A DNA stretch of 64,000 nt from Alphaproteobacteria bacterium (GTDB lineage: Bacteria; Pseudomonadota; Alphaproteobacteria; Rickettsiales; SXRF01): NCBI GenBank assembly GCA_025362975.1, contig JANYES010000011.1, positions 129,581-193,580 on the forward strand. Direction: 5' to 3'. Both the position numbers and the translations under genes were made by a program. The notes below the pieces were generated by a model. That model made no database searches. It was not told the DNA's origin and was given only the letters and a program-made list of their open reading frames with translations. Shown here in pieces: positions 1 to 10,174 of the stretch (position 1 is its first letter; each line of letters begins with the position of its first letter).

Positions 1-502
1 GCACCGCGTCGCAGTGCAATAATGCGCCGTGTTTTTTGCATATTTCCGCCACTTCGCGCACTGGCTGAATGACCCCGGTTTCGTTATTGGCGAGCATCAC
101 GGAAACCAGCGCTGGTGTGCCATCTTTCAGCAGCGCGTCTAACGCGGCCACATCGATGGTGCCTTTATCGTCTACGGCAATCATTTGCGCATCGGTGCGG
201 GCTTTGAGCACCGAGCTATGCTCAATCGCCGATACCAGCAAGCGCTTTCCCGCGATGCCGCGCAGCGCCGTGATATTGGCCTCGGTGCCACTGGCGGTGA
301 ACATGATTTCGTTGGGCCATGCGGAAATGGAATCCGCGATGGATTTTCGGGCGTTTTCGAGATGTTTCTTCGCCTCGCGCCCGGCGGCATGCACGGAGGA
401 CGGATTCATCGGCGCCGCCCAGATTTCTTGCATGCGGGCGATCACTTCCGGGCGCACAGGCGCGGTTGCGTTGTAATCGAGATAAACGGGAGGCACCGGC
501 AC
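1..502 (-). CDS. Cysteine desulfurase (class-V aminotransferase, NifS/IscS-like), N-terminal ~167 codons; continues past the window start
   Basis: Absent from the ORF track because it is open at the edge. Hand translation of the reverse strand from GTG 502-500 gives VPVPPVYLDYNATAPVRPEVIARMQEIWAAPMNPSSVHAAGREAKKHLENARKSIADSI...MFTASGTEANITALRG...MLANNETGVIQPV. It starts 1 nt after the Rrf2 stop, which suggests an operon. Confidence 0.8.
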   Translation of the reverse strand, partial: MPVPPVYLDYNATAPVRPEVIARMQEIWAAPMNPSSVHAAGREAKKHLENARKSIADSISAWPNEIMFTASGTEANITALRGIAGKRLLVSAIEHSSVLKARTDAQMIAVDDKGTIDVAALDALLKDGTPALVSVMLANNETGVIQPVREVAEICKKHGALLHCDAV

Positions 503-503
503 G

Positions 504-989
504 TTATTTCGTCGCCATCACAACCGCGATCATCGGATCGGGAATGGCGAATGCCTCGAAAAATGAAGGCTTTCCGGGAATGGCACCTTTGCGCACGTCG
601 GCCAGTGTAATGGAATTCAGGTAGCTGTGGATCTGGTGTTCCAGACCATCCCATAAATCATGCGTGAGGCAACGCGAACCGCTATTCATGCAGCCGGTTT
701 TTTTATGCGCTTCGCAGCGCGTCATTTTCAATGATTCATCTACGGCGCTCACGATTTCAGCAATGCGAATCGACTCCGCCGTTGCTCCCAGTACATAACC
801 GCCGCCCGGCCCGCGCACGGATTTGACCAACCCGTGTTGTTTCAATTTAAAAAAAATCTGCTCAAGATACGGTACGGTGAATTCCTGACTGGCCGCCAGT
901 TGCGACAATGTCACCGGCTTTCCCGGCTCATGCCCGGCAAGTTCAACCATCGACATTACGGCGTAACGCGCTTTCGATCCTAAAATCAT
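504..989 (-). CDS. Rrf2-family transcriptional regulator (IscR-like)
   Basis: N-terminal winged-helix signature MILGSKARYAVMSMVELA...VTLSQLAASQEFTVPYLEQIFFKLKQHGLVKSVRGPGGGY. Three-Cys cluster CEAHKKTGCMNSGSRC. Sits directly upstream of the cysteine desulfurase. Confidence 0.85.
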   Translation of the reverse strand: MILGSKARYAVMSMVELAGHEPGKPVTLSQLAASQEFTVPYLEQIFFKLKQHGLVKSVRGPGGGYVLGATAESIRIAEIVSAVDESLKMTRCEAHKKTGCMNSGSRCLTHDLWDGLEHQIHSYLNSITLADVRKGAIPGKPSFFEAFAIPDPMIAVVMATK

Positions 990-1010
990 CCCCGTACCCT
1001 GATTAGCGAA

Positions 1011-1724
1011 TTACTTGTTTTCCCATTTAACGGCGCTTTCCACCAGCCCGTTATCGTTGCCTTCCAGCTCGGTCACCCGCATCTGCAGATTGGCGAGGTC
1101 ATTGCGAAGCTTGTATAGCGTGATCAGCAGCGGGTCGTCTTCTTCGTCCTGTGGCGTACCGTAGGCTTTGAAGTTGCGGTCGCCTTGCTCCCTGACTCTG
1201 ACGCTTTCAGGCACCGGGCGCGCCGGAATGCCGACCACGGTGGTTGCCTGCTCCACATCTTTCACAACCACGGCATTGGAGCCGATACGGGCGTTATTGG
1301 CAACCTTAATCGGCCCTAAAAGCTGCGCGCCTGCGCCGATAATCACATTATTGCCGATCTGCGGATGGCGCAAACCCTTGTTTAACGAGGTTCCGCCTAA
1401 GGTTACGTCGTGATAAATGGTCACGTCGTCACCGATGGTGGCGGTTTCGCCGATGACAACGCCCATGCCGTGGTCGATGAAGAAACGCTGGCCAATAGTG
1501 GCACCCGGGTGGATTTCAATGCCGGTGAGGAAACGGCTGAGCGAAGAAACGAAACGCCCCGTCACTTTCCAGTTGTGCTTCCAGAGCCAATTGGAAAGCC
1601 TATAAAAAATAAGAGCATGCACGCCTGGGTAGCATAAAATCACCTCAAGGCGCGAGCGCGCCGCCGGGTCCCGGGCAAACACAGAATCGATGTCATTCAC
1701 TATTCTCTTGAACATTGCACCCAC
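1011..1724 (-). CDS. cysE: Serine O-acetyltransferase
   Basis: [30 protein letters not shown] and hexapeptide-repeat core [44 protein letters not shown]. The start may be the internal Met at 1715. Confidence 0.9.
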   Translation of the reverse strand: MGAMFKRIVNDIDSVFARDPAARSRLEVILCYPGVHALIFYRLSNWLWKHNWKVTGRFVSSLSRFLTGIEIHPGATIGQRFFIDHGMGVVIGETATIGDDVTIYHDVTLGGTSLNKGLRHPQIGNNVIIGAGAQLLGPIKVANNARIGSNAVVVKDVEQATTVVGIPARPVPESVRVREQGDRNFKAYGTPQDEEDDPLLITLYKLRNDLANLQMRVTELEGNDNGLVESAVKWENK

Positions 1725-1810
1725 AATTCAATATAAAGCACGAACGTAGTATAAAACATATTGCCAATCAACAGCCTCTTGTAAGATTGGCCCACCGGAG
1801 TAGTGCGTAC

Positions 1811-2509
1811 ATGCCTGAAATTATCATAAACGGCTCTGAAGGTCGCATTGAAGGGCGCTATCACCATAGCGAACAGAAAGGTGCGCCGGTCGTTCTCGTG
1901 TTGCATCCGCACCCTCTCTACGGCGGCACCATGAACAATAAAATCGTTTATCGGCTGTACCATATTTTTGCCCAGAACGGTTTTTCTGTGCTGCGCTTCA
2001 ACTTCCGCGGCGTCGGCAAATCGCAGGGCAAATATGATGAAGGCATCGGCGAACTGACTGATGCGGCTACCGCACTCGACTGGCTGCAACTGCAAAATCC
2101 CGACGCGCCGACTTGCTGGATCAGCGGTTTCTCGTTCGGTTCATGGATTGCGCTGCAATTGCTGATGCGCCGACCGGAAATTGAGGGCTTCGTGGCCGTT
2201 TCGCCGCCTGCCAACCTCTATGATTTCTCGTTCCTCTCCCCGTGTCCGGCCGCCGGCCTCATCACGCAGGGCGACAAGGACGACGTGGTTTCTGAAGAAG
2301 CGGTCGCTAAACTCGCCGGCAAACTCGGCGCGGGCCACGGCACGCAGGTCGAGTATCGCCCCATCCCTGGCGCCGATCATTACTATCGCGGTGTTGAAGA
2401 AGATATGGGCGCGGTGGTCAATGAATACCTAGTACAGCGCATGCAGGACTTTAAGCAAAAACGCAAAGTCCGCCCGGACCGCAAACGCCGCCAGCTTCCA
2501 AGAGACTAA
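1811..2509 (+). CDS. Alpha/beta hydrolase (uncharacterised, ~230 aa family)
   Basis: VVLVLHPHPLYGGTMNNKIV...FNFRGVGKSQG...ISGFSFGSWIA (nucleophile elbow GxSxG). ATG at 1811 chosen, because the track ORF start at 1715 overlaps the cysE start. Confidence 0.75.
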   Translation: MPEIIINGSEGRIEGRYHHSEQKGAPVVLVLHPHPLYGGTMNNKIVYRLYHIFAQNGFSVLRFNFRGVGKSQGKYDEGIGELTDAATALDWLQLQNPDAPTCWISGFSFGSWIALQLLMRRPEIEGFVAVSPPANLYDFSFLSPCPAAGLITQGDKDDVVSEEAVAKLAGKLGAGHGTQVEYRPIPGADHYYRGVEEDMGAVVNEYLVQRMQDFKQKRKVRPDRKRRQLPRD

Positions 2510-2603
2510 CAACAAATTGAAATTAATAGTTAATTTTTGTTAAAAAAGCTCTCGAAACTGGCTTTCGTTTTGCTATAATCCTTGCTAACCAAAGCGAGAG
2601 ACT

Positions 2604-3881
2604 ATGGACCCGATAAGACGCGAAAACGCCATCCTGCGAGCCAATTCACTGGTGGTCGTCAACCTCCCAATCCTACAGATCAAGGGCAAAGAGCCCGACA
2701 AGCTGGTCAACCAGAAATGGTGGCACAAGCTGATGAACGACCGCGCCGTGTGGGTATCGGAAACCTGCAGCCGTATTTTGCTGGTCACCACGCAGGAAGA
2801 CTGGGAGCGGCTCGGCAGCACGATGCCCGACTTCACCACACGCTGCATGACGCAGGAAATGGCAGACAACCATATTGAGTCAGATAATCCCGACCCGTTT
2901 ACCCGCGCAAAACCTTATTTCCTGAAAAAGGAAGGCTGGGACGCTTACACGTATTTGCTCGAAATCGTCACCGGTTTGCACAGCGCCTCGCCCGGCGAAG
3001 AACATATTTCCCACCAAATCCTCGACGAGGAATACAGCAAATACAAAGACACCAAGCACGGCGGCGCACGCACATGGTTTGAACCGATCATCAACGCGCT
3101 TGCCCATGATTCCAAACAGGTCCGTCAGGTCATTGGCCAATATGTCCTGCCCTCGCTGGAAGATACCGCGCGCGAGCTTGCGCAGCTTGAACCCGGCGCT
3201 AACGTGCTGCTAGTCAACGATAACTGGCAGGCCGCAGAAAAAATGATTTACGCGCTATCGCGCCGCAACGTCAAAGTCAAACCCAGCAGCATCGAAGTCG
3301 CGCATATCGCCCCGCAAAGCAACGCCGTCGAAAGCTTGGAACTTCAGATCCAGCGCATGCTGGAAAAACAGACCACATCTTTCCCTCGCGTAGGGGCCTC
3401 GGCGCTTTACGACGTGCTGGAACTTACCTCAATGCATGATTATCAGGCCGTTATAATCGCTTCAACGCTGGGCACGCACCCCAAGCAGGAAGATCAGTTG
3501 ATCGACGCATGGCGCGCCAGCAACCCGCCGCCGCCGCGCCTTATTGCCATGCATGTCGACCCCATCCATGAAGGCGGCATCATGCCCCACGCGGAGTTGA
3601 AAGAAACGCCCGGCGCTTTCGTGTTGCTGCCCGACGATATCCGCGAAGAATACACCGTAAAGATGGAACGCCATGCCAAACTACTGGCGCAGGGCAAAGA
3701 CGCCTGCGGCCTGTGTACGCGCCTGCACGTCGAAAGCAACGGCCACCACAAAATCCGAGGCGATTTGCTGGCGTTTGGCTATGAGGGTTATCTCGAAAAA
3801 AATCCGCTTGAAAAGCGCCGCTCGGCCATCGACCCCCAGCGTATCAACGAGACCCCGCGTGGGGGCACCGAGCTGGCGTAA
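2604..3881 (+). CDS. Divergent glutamyl-tRNA reductase (HemA/GluTR)-like protein lacking the NADPH glycine motif
   Basis: By-eye collinearity with E. coli HemA: VSETCSRILLV (cf. LSTCNRTELY), LLEIVTGLHSASPGEEHISHQI (cf. [22 protein letters not shown]). The position of GAGE is NDNWQAAE. Extended -10 TGCTATAAT at 2571-2579. Confidence 0.55.
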   Translation: MDPIRRENAILRANSLVVVNLPILQIKGKEPDKLVNQKWWHKLMNDRAVWVSETCSRILLVTTQEDWERLGSTMPDFTTRCMTQEMADNHIESDNPDPFTRAKPYFLKKEGWDAYTYLLEIVTGLHSASPGEEHISHQILDEEYSKYKDTKHGGARTWFEPIINALAHDSKQVRQVIGQYVLPSLEDTARELAQLEPGANVLLVNDNWQAAEKMIYALSRRNVKVKPSSIEVAHIAPQSNAVESLELQIQRMLEKQTTSFPRVGASALYDVLELTSMHDYQAVIIASTLGTHPKQEDQLIDAWRASNPPPPRLIAMHVDPIHEGGIMPHAELKETPGAFVLLPDDIREEYTVKMERHAKLLAQGKDACGLCTRLHVESNGHHKIRGDLLAFGYEGYLEKNPLEKRRSAIDPQRINETPRGGTELA

Positions 3882-4730
3882 TTACTGTTGATCGACGCGG
3901 ATGGTTTTAACCTGACCGCCGGATTTCATCAGGCTCTTGGGGAATGTTTTCTTCTTAAACTCAGCATCTAGAAACGCGATACTGTAGGCTTCGATGGTCT
4001 GCGCATACGGCGTTTTGCTGTACGACCACGCCGCGTGCTCGGCGCCTTCAAGCTCAAGGAAGAATTTAGGCGTGTGCGACTGGTCATAGGCGCCACCGGA
4101 TTTGCGCAGATACGGCGTAATCCCGGTATCGCGCGTGCCGCCCTGATACATCACCGGCACCGTCACATTCTTGATCGTGCGCTGGAAGATAAAGGGTGTG
4201 CTGTAGGGTGAGAGCGCAAGAACCGCTTTGATGCGCGGGTCTTTCCATGCCGGCCACGCGCCCGCTATGCCAAGCGCCGTGTATCCACCCAGCGAATGCC
4301 CAGCTGCGGCAACCTTATCCCAATCGAGCATCGCGTACGCTTTATCTTTCGATAGCGTGTTGAGCACAGTTTCCATGTCTTTTCTGCGATCGGCGTAGGT
4401 AGTGTCCGTCCAGCGCATCGGGTCGTTAAACTGATGTGCGGGGTGTTGCAGGCGTTTCATCGGCTCGGTGCAAACGTTGTCGCGGTGGTTCGGCGCGAAC
4501 ACTGCATACCCGGCATCCGCAAACGCTTTGCTCAAATACTGAGTGTACATGTTGCAGCTGTGAAACGCATGTGAGAACAGGATAACAGGCGCACCGGCGG
4601 GTTTGTCCGGCAGCCACGCGGCTACCTCGAGATTACCCAGCTTAAACTGACTAAACTGAAACGCAAATGCGCTTTGCGGCAACGCCGCTGCACAGGCCAG
4701 AAGAAATAAAAACCGCGCTTTTATCCGCAC
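3882..4730 (-). CDS. Secreted alpha/beta hydrolase (dienelactone hydrolase / PAF-acetylhydrolase-like)
   Basis: GTG at 4730 gives the signal peptide VRIKARFLFLLACAAALPQSAFA. GHSLGG nucleophile elbow. Begins 8 nt after the ssb stop. The 369-aa track ORF overlaps ssb and is an over-extension. Confidence 0.7.
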   Translation of the reverse strand: MRIKARFLFLLACAAALPQSAFAFQFSQFKLGNLEVAAWLPDKPAGAPVILFSHAFHSCNMYTQYLSKAFADAGYAVFAPNHRDNVCTEPMKRLQHPAHQFNDPMRWTDTTYADRRKDMETVLNTLSKDKAYAMLDWDKVAAAGHSLGGYTALGIAGAWPAWKDPRIKAVLALSPYSTPFIFQRTIKNVTVPVMYQGGTRDTGITPYLRKSGGAYDQSHTPKFFLELEGAEHAAWSYSKTPYAQTIEAYSIAFLDAEFKKKTFPKSLMKSGGQVKTIRVDQQ

Positions 4731-4737
4731 GCTGCGA

Positions 4738-5238
4738 TCAGAACGGGATTTCGTCGTCCAGCAATTCGCTGGCCGGCTTGGATGCCGCCGAGGTCTGGCC
4801 GAAGCTGGAGCCGCCACCGCTATAGTTGCTATTGCTTGATGAAGACGAACCGCCGCCGTAGGACGACGCGCCAGAATTGTCGCCTTTGCCGTCGAGCATG
4901 GTAAGGTTGCCGTTGTAGTTCTGAAGCACGACTTCGGTCGCGTAACGTTCGCGGCCTTCTTTGTCGGTATATTTACGGGTCTGGAGCGCACCTTCGATGT
5001 ACAGCTTCGAGCCTTTTTTCACGTAGTTTTTCACCACGGTCACGAGGTTCGGGTTGAAGATCACGATGTTGTGCCATTCGGTTTTTTCTTTACGCTCGCC
5101 GCTGTTCTTATCTTTCCAGGTTTCGGACGTGGCGATCGAGAAGGATGCGATTTCGCGACCGTCCTGCGTCGAGCGGATTTCCGGGTCTTTCCCGAGATTG
5201 CCCACCAGAATTACTTTATTCACGCTACCAGCCATCAT
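4738..5238 (-). CDS. ssb: Single-stranded DNA-binding protein
   Basis: SVNKVILVGNLGKDPEIRSTQDGREIASFSIATSETWKDK...TEWHNIVIF, Gly/Ser-rich linker and C-terminal acidic tip LDDEIPF. GGAGGA RBS upstream of ATGATG at 5238/5235. Confidence 0.95.
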   Translation of the reverse strand: MMAGSVNKVILVGNLGKDPEIRSTQDGREIASFSIATSETWKDKNSGERKEKTEWHNIVIFNPNLVTVVKNYVKKGSKLYIEGALQTRKYTDKEGRERYATEVVLQNYNGNLTMLDGKGDNSGASSYGGGSSSSSNSNYSGGGSSFGQTSAASKPASELLDDEIPF

Positions 5239-5304
5239 ATCCTCCAAAGTTAAATGCAATGGCAGTACTTTAATCGGTATTAACAATTGTTCAAGAGCTA
5301 AAAA

Positions 5305-6069
5305 TTATCGCGCGCGCTGACGCTCGAAATAACGTGAATCAACAATGCTTACGTCATAATCGCTGCCATTGCTTCCTTGGCCTATTTCTACATCGCCGTC
5401 GCGCGCACGTGGGGATTTTTTCGCCGTCGGCTCGATATTAATGGTCACTACGTCGTAGCCTTTATCTTGCAACGTTTTTTTCATATCGTGCCCGTGGCAT
5501 TCGGCAATGATGTACGGGTCCACCAGATGCGCGCCGCCGACATTTGCCACCGCAAGGTAACGCTCGCGATCCGCGTAGCCTTGCAAATGCGCGTCCATGA
5601 CGTGAGCCATCGGCAGGTTCGAGGTTTTGATGCGCTCGATAGCGCGCTCGGTTGTAATAGTGTGCACCGCCTCGAATACGGGGTCATTTGCGTCCACCCC
5701 GTCGTTCCACAACCGGTGCATCGCGTTGGAAGCCAGTGTCAAATTGCCGCTCTTCCCATACGCAAGGTCCATACAGACGCTTTCCTTAGATGCGGCTAGC
5801 AGCTCCATCGTATCGACGTCGTTTTTCGTGGCGTCAGGATGGGCGCGCAGTTGCTCCAGCAGCTTCAACGCCATACGCTGGTTTAGCTGGCCGTTATAAG
5901 CAGGATGGAGCACTTCGGGCGGCATTTCGTGGAACCCGATATCCGCCTGCCCCATCAGCTCCCTGACCAGCTTACGAGTCTCGTCCGATTCGTGCACCTC
6001 CCCGATCATCAGCACCAGTTTGGGATGCGATTGTTTCAGCTCGCCGATCAGTTCAAAAAAATTCTGCAT
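5305..6069 (-). CDS. Hypothetical protein, possible Tiki/TraB/ChaN-superfamily fold
   Basis: Protein-like composition. Weak by-eye motifs LVLMIGEVHESDE (GExH) and ANVGGAHLVD (GxxHL), as seen in ChaN/TraB/Tiki proteins. No further support. Confidence 0.5.
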   Translation of the reverse strand: MQNFFELIGELKQSHPKLVLMIGEVHESDETRKLVRELMGQADIGFHEMPPEVLHPAYNGQLNQRMALKLLEQLRAHPDATKNDVDTMELLAASKESVCMDLAYGKSGNLTLASNAMHRLWNDGVDANDPVFEAVHTITTERAIERIKTSNLPMAHVMDAHLQGYADRERYLAVANVGGAHLVDPYIIAECHGHDMKKTLQDKGYDVVTINIEPTAKKSPRARDGDVEIGQGSNGSDYDVSIVDSRYFERQRAR

Positions 6070-6226
6070 ATTCCTTAGCCCCTCTTGTAATGCCCAGTTT
6101 ACGTCATTATTTTTGTAAAGACCCGTTGATAATGCTCGCTATCGGCGCGGTGGGCCGGTATAGTGGTCGGCCCATTTGCATAGGCAGGGGCTTGTTTTGA
6201 ATCTCATTTAACTTTTGTATATCAGC

Positions 6227-9118
6227 ATGATAAAAAAAGAAGATTCCATTTCTATCCGCGGTGCCAAAGAGCACAACCTAAAAAATATCGACGTGGACAT
6301 ACCCCGCAACAAGCTGGTGGTCATCACCGGGCCGTCCGGGTCCGGCAAATCCTCCCTCGCCTTCGACACGATTTATGCCGAGGGCCAGCGCCGCTATGTC
6401 GAAAGTCTTTCCTCCTATGCTCGCCAGTTTTTGAACATTCAAGACAAGCCGGACGTCGAGTCCATCACCGGCCTGTCGCCTGCGATCGCCATCGACCAGA
6501 AAACCACCTCGCGCAATCCGCGCTCGACGGTCGGCACCGTCACTGAAATCTATGATTATATGCGCCTTTTGTTCGCGCGCATCGGCATTCCATATTCCCC
6601 CGCAACAGGACTGCCCATCGAAAGCCAGACCGTCTCGCAGATGGTGGACCGCATCATGGAACTGCCTGAAGGCACGAAAATCTACCTGCTTTCCCCCATC
6701 GTTCGCGGCCATAAAGGCGAGTATAAAAAGGAGCTGCAGGTCTTGCAGAAAAAGGGTTTCCAACGCGTCAAGATCGACGGCAAGCTGCATGAGATGAACG
6801 AGCTGCCCGTTATCGACAAGAACAAGAAGCATGAAATCGAAGTCGTCGTTGACCGCCTCGCCATTGGCAAGGAACTAGGCAATCGCCTTCCTGATAGCAT
6901 CGAAACCGCGCTGGGGCTGAGCGATGGTCTCATCCGCGTTGAAATCGTCAGCGACAAAAAGCCTAAGGACGGCAAAGAAGTCGAAAACGAAACCTTCACC
7001 ATGTCGTCCAAATTCGCCTGCCCGGTTTCCGGCTTTACGCTGGCCGAAATCGAGCCGCGCTTGTTTTCCTTTAACAGCCCTTACGGCGCTTGCCCCACCT
7101 GTGACGGGCTGGGCACGCAAGCCATGTTCGATGCCGACCTCGTCGTGCCGGACCGCACCAAATCGCTGCTGGATAAAGCCATCACCCCGTGGGCCGGTAT
7201 GCCTTGGGCTGGCAATATGCGCTTTTATCAGGATGCGTTGGAATCCCTCGCCCGCCACTATAAATTCAGCATGACCACCCCGTTCAAGGATCTGACGAAA
7301 AAAATTCAGGACGTCGTCCTGCACGGCTCCGGCGACGAAGCCATCCGCATGAGCTATCATGAAGGTTCGCGCAGCTTCAACGTCGAAAAACCGTTCGAAG
7401 GCGTTATCCCCAACCTCGCCCGCCGTTACCGCGAGTTGACGAGCGAAACCATTCGCGAGGAATTCGGCAAATACATGAACGAGCATCCGTGCGAAGTCTG
7501 CGAAGGCACTCGCCTGAAGCCCGAGGCGCTCTGTGTCAAAATCGGCGATCTGCATATCGGTAAAGTCACCGAATTCACCATCGACGGTGCGCATGAATGG
7601 TTCAAAACCATTTCGAAGAAACTTACCAAAAAGCAGCAGACCATTTCGGAAAAAATCCTGAAAGAAATCTGCGAGCGCCTGCAATTCCTGATGAATGTCG
7701 GCCTCGATTACCTGACGCTCAGCCGTGAATCCGGCACGCTTTCGGGCGGTGAATCGCAGCGCATCCGCCTTGCCTCGCAGATCGGCTCGGGCCTTTCGGG
7801 CGTACTCTACGTACTCGACGAGCCATCCATCGGCCTGCACCAGTGCGACAACGAACGCCTTCTCGGCACGCTGCGTCATTTATGTGAACTCGGCAATACC
7901 GTGATCGTCGTCGAGCACGACGAGGACACCATGCGCGCTTCGGATTACCTGATTGACATGGGCCCGGGCGCTGGCATCCACGGTGGCAAGATTGTTTCCG
8001 AAGGCACCGCGCAACAGGTGATGAAAGACAAAAACAGCATCACCGGCCAGTATTTAAGTGGTGCGAAATTCATTGCCGTACCGGAAACGCGCCGTGCGAT
8101 TCATAAAACCAAGAAAATCATTATCAACAACGCACGCGCCAATAATTTGAAAAATATCACCGCCGAAATCCCGCTGGGGACTTTTGCTTGCGTGACCGGC
8201 GTTTCGGGCGGCGGCAAATCGACGCTTGTTATCGAAACACTATACAAATCCATCGCGCGTCGCATGCATGGCGCGCGTGATTTACCGGGCGTGCATGACA
8301 GCATTTCCGGGCTTGAATACATCGACAAGATCATTGAGATCGACCAATCCCCCATCGGGCGTACGCCGCGTTCAAACCCCGCCACGTATACCGGGGCTTT
8401 CACGCCGATTCGCGACTGGTTCACCGGCCTTCCGGAAGCCAAAGCACGCGGCTACCAGCCGGGGCGCTTCTCCTTCAACGTCAAGGGCGGACGCTGCGAA
8501 GCGTGTCAGGGCGATGGGCTTATCAAGATCGAAATGCACTTCCTGCCGGATGTTTATGTAAAATGCGACGTCTGCCACGGGCGCCGTTACAACCGCGAAA
8601 CGCTCGACATCAAATATAAGGATAAATCCATCGCCGACGTATTGGAAATGACCGTCGACGAGGGCGTGAATTTCTTTACCGCACAGCCGTCCATCCGCGA
8701 AAAGCTGTTGGCGATGCAGGAAGTCGGCCTCGGCTATATCGCCGTTGGCCAATCGGCGACCACGCTTTCAGGCGGCGAAGCCCAGCGCATCAAGCTCGCC
8801 AAAGAGCTTTCCAAACGCGCCACGGGACGTACGCTTTACATCCTCGATGAGCCGACTACCGGTTTGCATAGCGATGACATCCGCAAGCTGCTCGGCGTGC
8901 TGCACAAGCTGGTCGATGCGGGCAACACGGTGCTGGTCATCGAGCATAACCTCGACGTTATCAAAACGGCGGACTGGGTGATCGATATCGGCCCCGGCGG
9001 CGGCAACAAAGGTGGCCATGTCATCGGCAGCGGTACCCCCGAGGACATCGTGCGCAACAAGGAAAGCATTACAGGCAAGTATTTAGCGCCGCTGCTCAAA
9101 AAGAAAAAAGCGGCTTAA
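6227..9118 (+). CDS. uvrA: Excinuclease ABC subunit A
   Basis: [53 protein letters not shown], a second Walker [11 protein letters not shown], zinc-finger Cys pairs, [12 protein letters not shown]. Confidence 0.97.
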   Translation: MIKKEDSISIRGAKEHNLKNIDVDIPRNKLVVITGPSGSGKSSLAFDTIYAEGQRRYVESLSSYARQFLNIQDKPDVESITGLSPAIAIDQKTTSRNPRSTVGTVTEIYDYMRLLFARIGIPYSPATGLPIESQTVSQMVDRIMELPEGTKIYLLSPIVRGHKGEYKKELQVLQKKGFQRVKIDGKLHEMNELPVIDKNKKHEIEVVVDRLAIGKELGNRLPDSIETALGLSDGLIRVEIVSDKKPKDGKEVENETFTMSSKFACPVSGFTLAEIEPRLFSFNSPYGACPTCDGLGTQAMFDADLVVPDRTKSLLDKAITPWAGMPWAGNMRFYQDALESLARHYKFSMTTPFKDLTKKIQDVVLHGSGDEAIRMSYHEGSRSFNVEKPFEGVIPNLARRYRELTSETIREEFGKYMNEHPCEVCEGTRLKPEALCVKIGDLHIGKVTEFTIDGAHEWFKTISKKLTKKQQTISEKILKEICERLQFLMNVGLDYLTLSRESGTLSGGESQRIRLASQIGSGLSGVLYVLDEPSIGLHQCDNERLLGTLRHLCELGNTVIVVEHDEDTMRASDYLIDMGPGAGIHGGKIVSEGTAQQVMKDKNSITGQYLSGAKFIAVPETRRAIHKTKKIIINNARANNLKNITAEIPLGTFACVTGVSGGGKSTLVIETLYKSIARRMHGARDLPGVHDSISGLEYIDKIIEIDQSPIGRTPRSNPATYTGAFTPIRDWFTGLPEAKARGYQPGRFSFNVKGGRCEACQGDGLIKIEMHFLPDVYVKCDVCHGRRYNRETLDIKYKDKSIADVLEMTVDEGVNFFTAQPSIREKLLAMQEVGLGYIAVGQSATTLSGGEAQRIKLAKELSKRATGRTLYILDEPTTGLHSDDIRKLLGVLHKLVDAGNTVLVIEHNLDVIKTADWVIDIGPGGGNKGGHVIGSGTPEDIVRNKESITGKYLAPLLKKKKAA

Positions 9119-9120
9119 AG

Positions 9121-9627
9121 CTACTTGCCAGCGGTGATCGGCGGTTTGCCTTTATCGGCCATCGTTTGCGCGATGATTGGCACGGCTTTAAACGGCGTTG
9201 CATCGAGCGTCGAGACGAGGCTAATTCCTGCATTGCGCATTGTTGCTTTTTCCGTTACTTCCAGCTCGTGTTCAGGTACCACATCCAGCACCACAACAGG
9301 CACACCGTGCGGCTTTACCGCTTTAGCCAGCTTGATAGTCGGGTCGTTTTCAAACGAGCCTTCGATATATTTCAGATGCGGGTGGAACACGACCACAGCA
9401 TCGGGTTTAGGTTGCATGGTTTCAACTTCCTTTGCCACGACTTCCGGGGCAGCTGGCGTCAGCATGTCGAAAATTTCCGCCTTGGTAAAGATCACGTTTG
9501 CGCCCTCATCCTTCAACGCCTGCGCATAATAATTGCCGACGTTATGCGGGTTGCCGACGAATAAAATGTTTTTGCCTTTGATGTCAGCTTTAGCGGATTT
9601 CACAGGGGTGCGCAGTTGTGGCTTCAT
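9121..9627 (-). CDS. Hypothetical soluble protein (orphan)
   Basis: ATG at 9627 (MKPQLRTPVK...). Last gene of a tightly spaced three-gene minus-strand unit. No recognisable motif. Confidence 0.5.
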   Translation of the reverse strand: MKPQLRTPVKSAKADIKGKNILFVGNPHNVGNYYAQALKDEGANVIFTKAEIFDMLTPAAPEVVAKEVETMQPKPDAVVVFHPHLKYIEGSFENDPTIKLAKAVKPHGVPVVVLDVVPEHELEVTEKATMRNAGISLVSTLDATPFKAVPIIAQTMADKGKPPITAGK

Positions 9628-9652
9628 GATCGGTATCCTTAATGTGTGGAAA

Positions 9653-10159
9653 TTAGTGAAGAACCTTTTCAGGTTCTTTGCCTTCGCGATTGGCTTCGCG
9701 TTGCTGCCATGTGAGCAGCTTATGTTGCAAGTCGGCAACCGCCGCGTGCGTCACCACGTTTTGCTGGCGCACATCCTTGAGTTCCTTGCCGAGCGTCTCG
9801 GTCATCGCCACGGCGATTTCATGGGCGTTGACGCGCGCGTCGGCGATTTTGCGTTCTTCGTCAAAATTGAGGTAGGCGGTCTTGGACATTTTTTCATCGA
9901 GGAAACCGGTATAGGCGCTGAACGTTGCGGCGCCAAGCGCGGCTATGCCCAAGGCAACCACCCCCCAGATGGGTACAGTGATCAGCCCTGCGACAATGAC
10001 TGCAATGCCCGCCGAGGCAAGTACGTTTGTGATCATGCCGCTGTTGCGACTGAGGGCGCTTAAGAAAGAGCTTTTGGGAATGATACCGAGGTTACTTTTA
10101 CGCTGCTCCTGGTACTCGCCGTCTTTGTAAGCAGTCGATTTTAGCTGTTGCTGGGCCAC
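9653..10159 (-). CDS. Hypothetical membrane protein (two TM segments plus coiled-coil tail)
   Basis: Hydrophobic block ITNVLASAGIAVIVAGLITVPIWGVVALGIAALGAATF, followed by a charged helical C-terminus. 15 nt downstream of the preceding ORF. Confidence 0.55.
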   Translation of the reverse strand: MAQQQLKSTAYKDGEYQEQRKSNLGIIPKSSFLSALSRNSGMITNVLASAGIAVIVAGLITVPIWGVVALGIAALGAATFSAYTGFLDEKMSKTAYLNFDEERKIADARVNAHEIAVAMTETLGKELKDVRQQNVVTHAAVADLQHKLLTWQQREANREGKEPEKVLH

Positions 10160-10174
10160 GATCGACCCCGGCGA

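Noticed and set aside
3882-4991. The track ORF of 369 aa that extends the secreted hydrolase 87 codons upstream.
   Set aside because: The extension overlaps the ssb coding region and is Arg/Pro/Thr/Ala-rich junk. GTG at 4730 gives a clean signal peptide 8 nt after the ssb stop.
5239-6226. An SOS (LexA) box upstream of ssb or uvrA.
   Set aside because: No alphaproteobacterial GAAC-N7-GAAC / GTTC-N7-GTTC direct repeat is present. Only the palindrome AACAATTGTT (5282-5291) is seen, and it does not fit the consensus.
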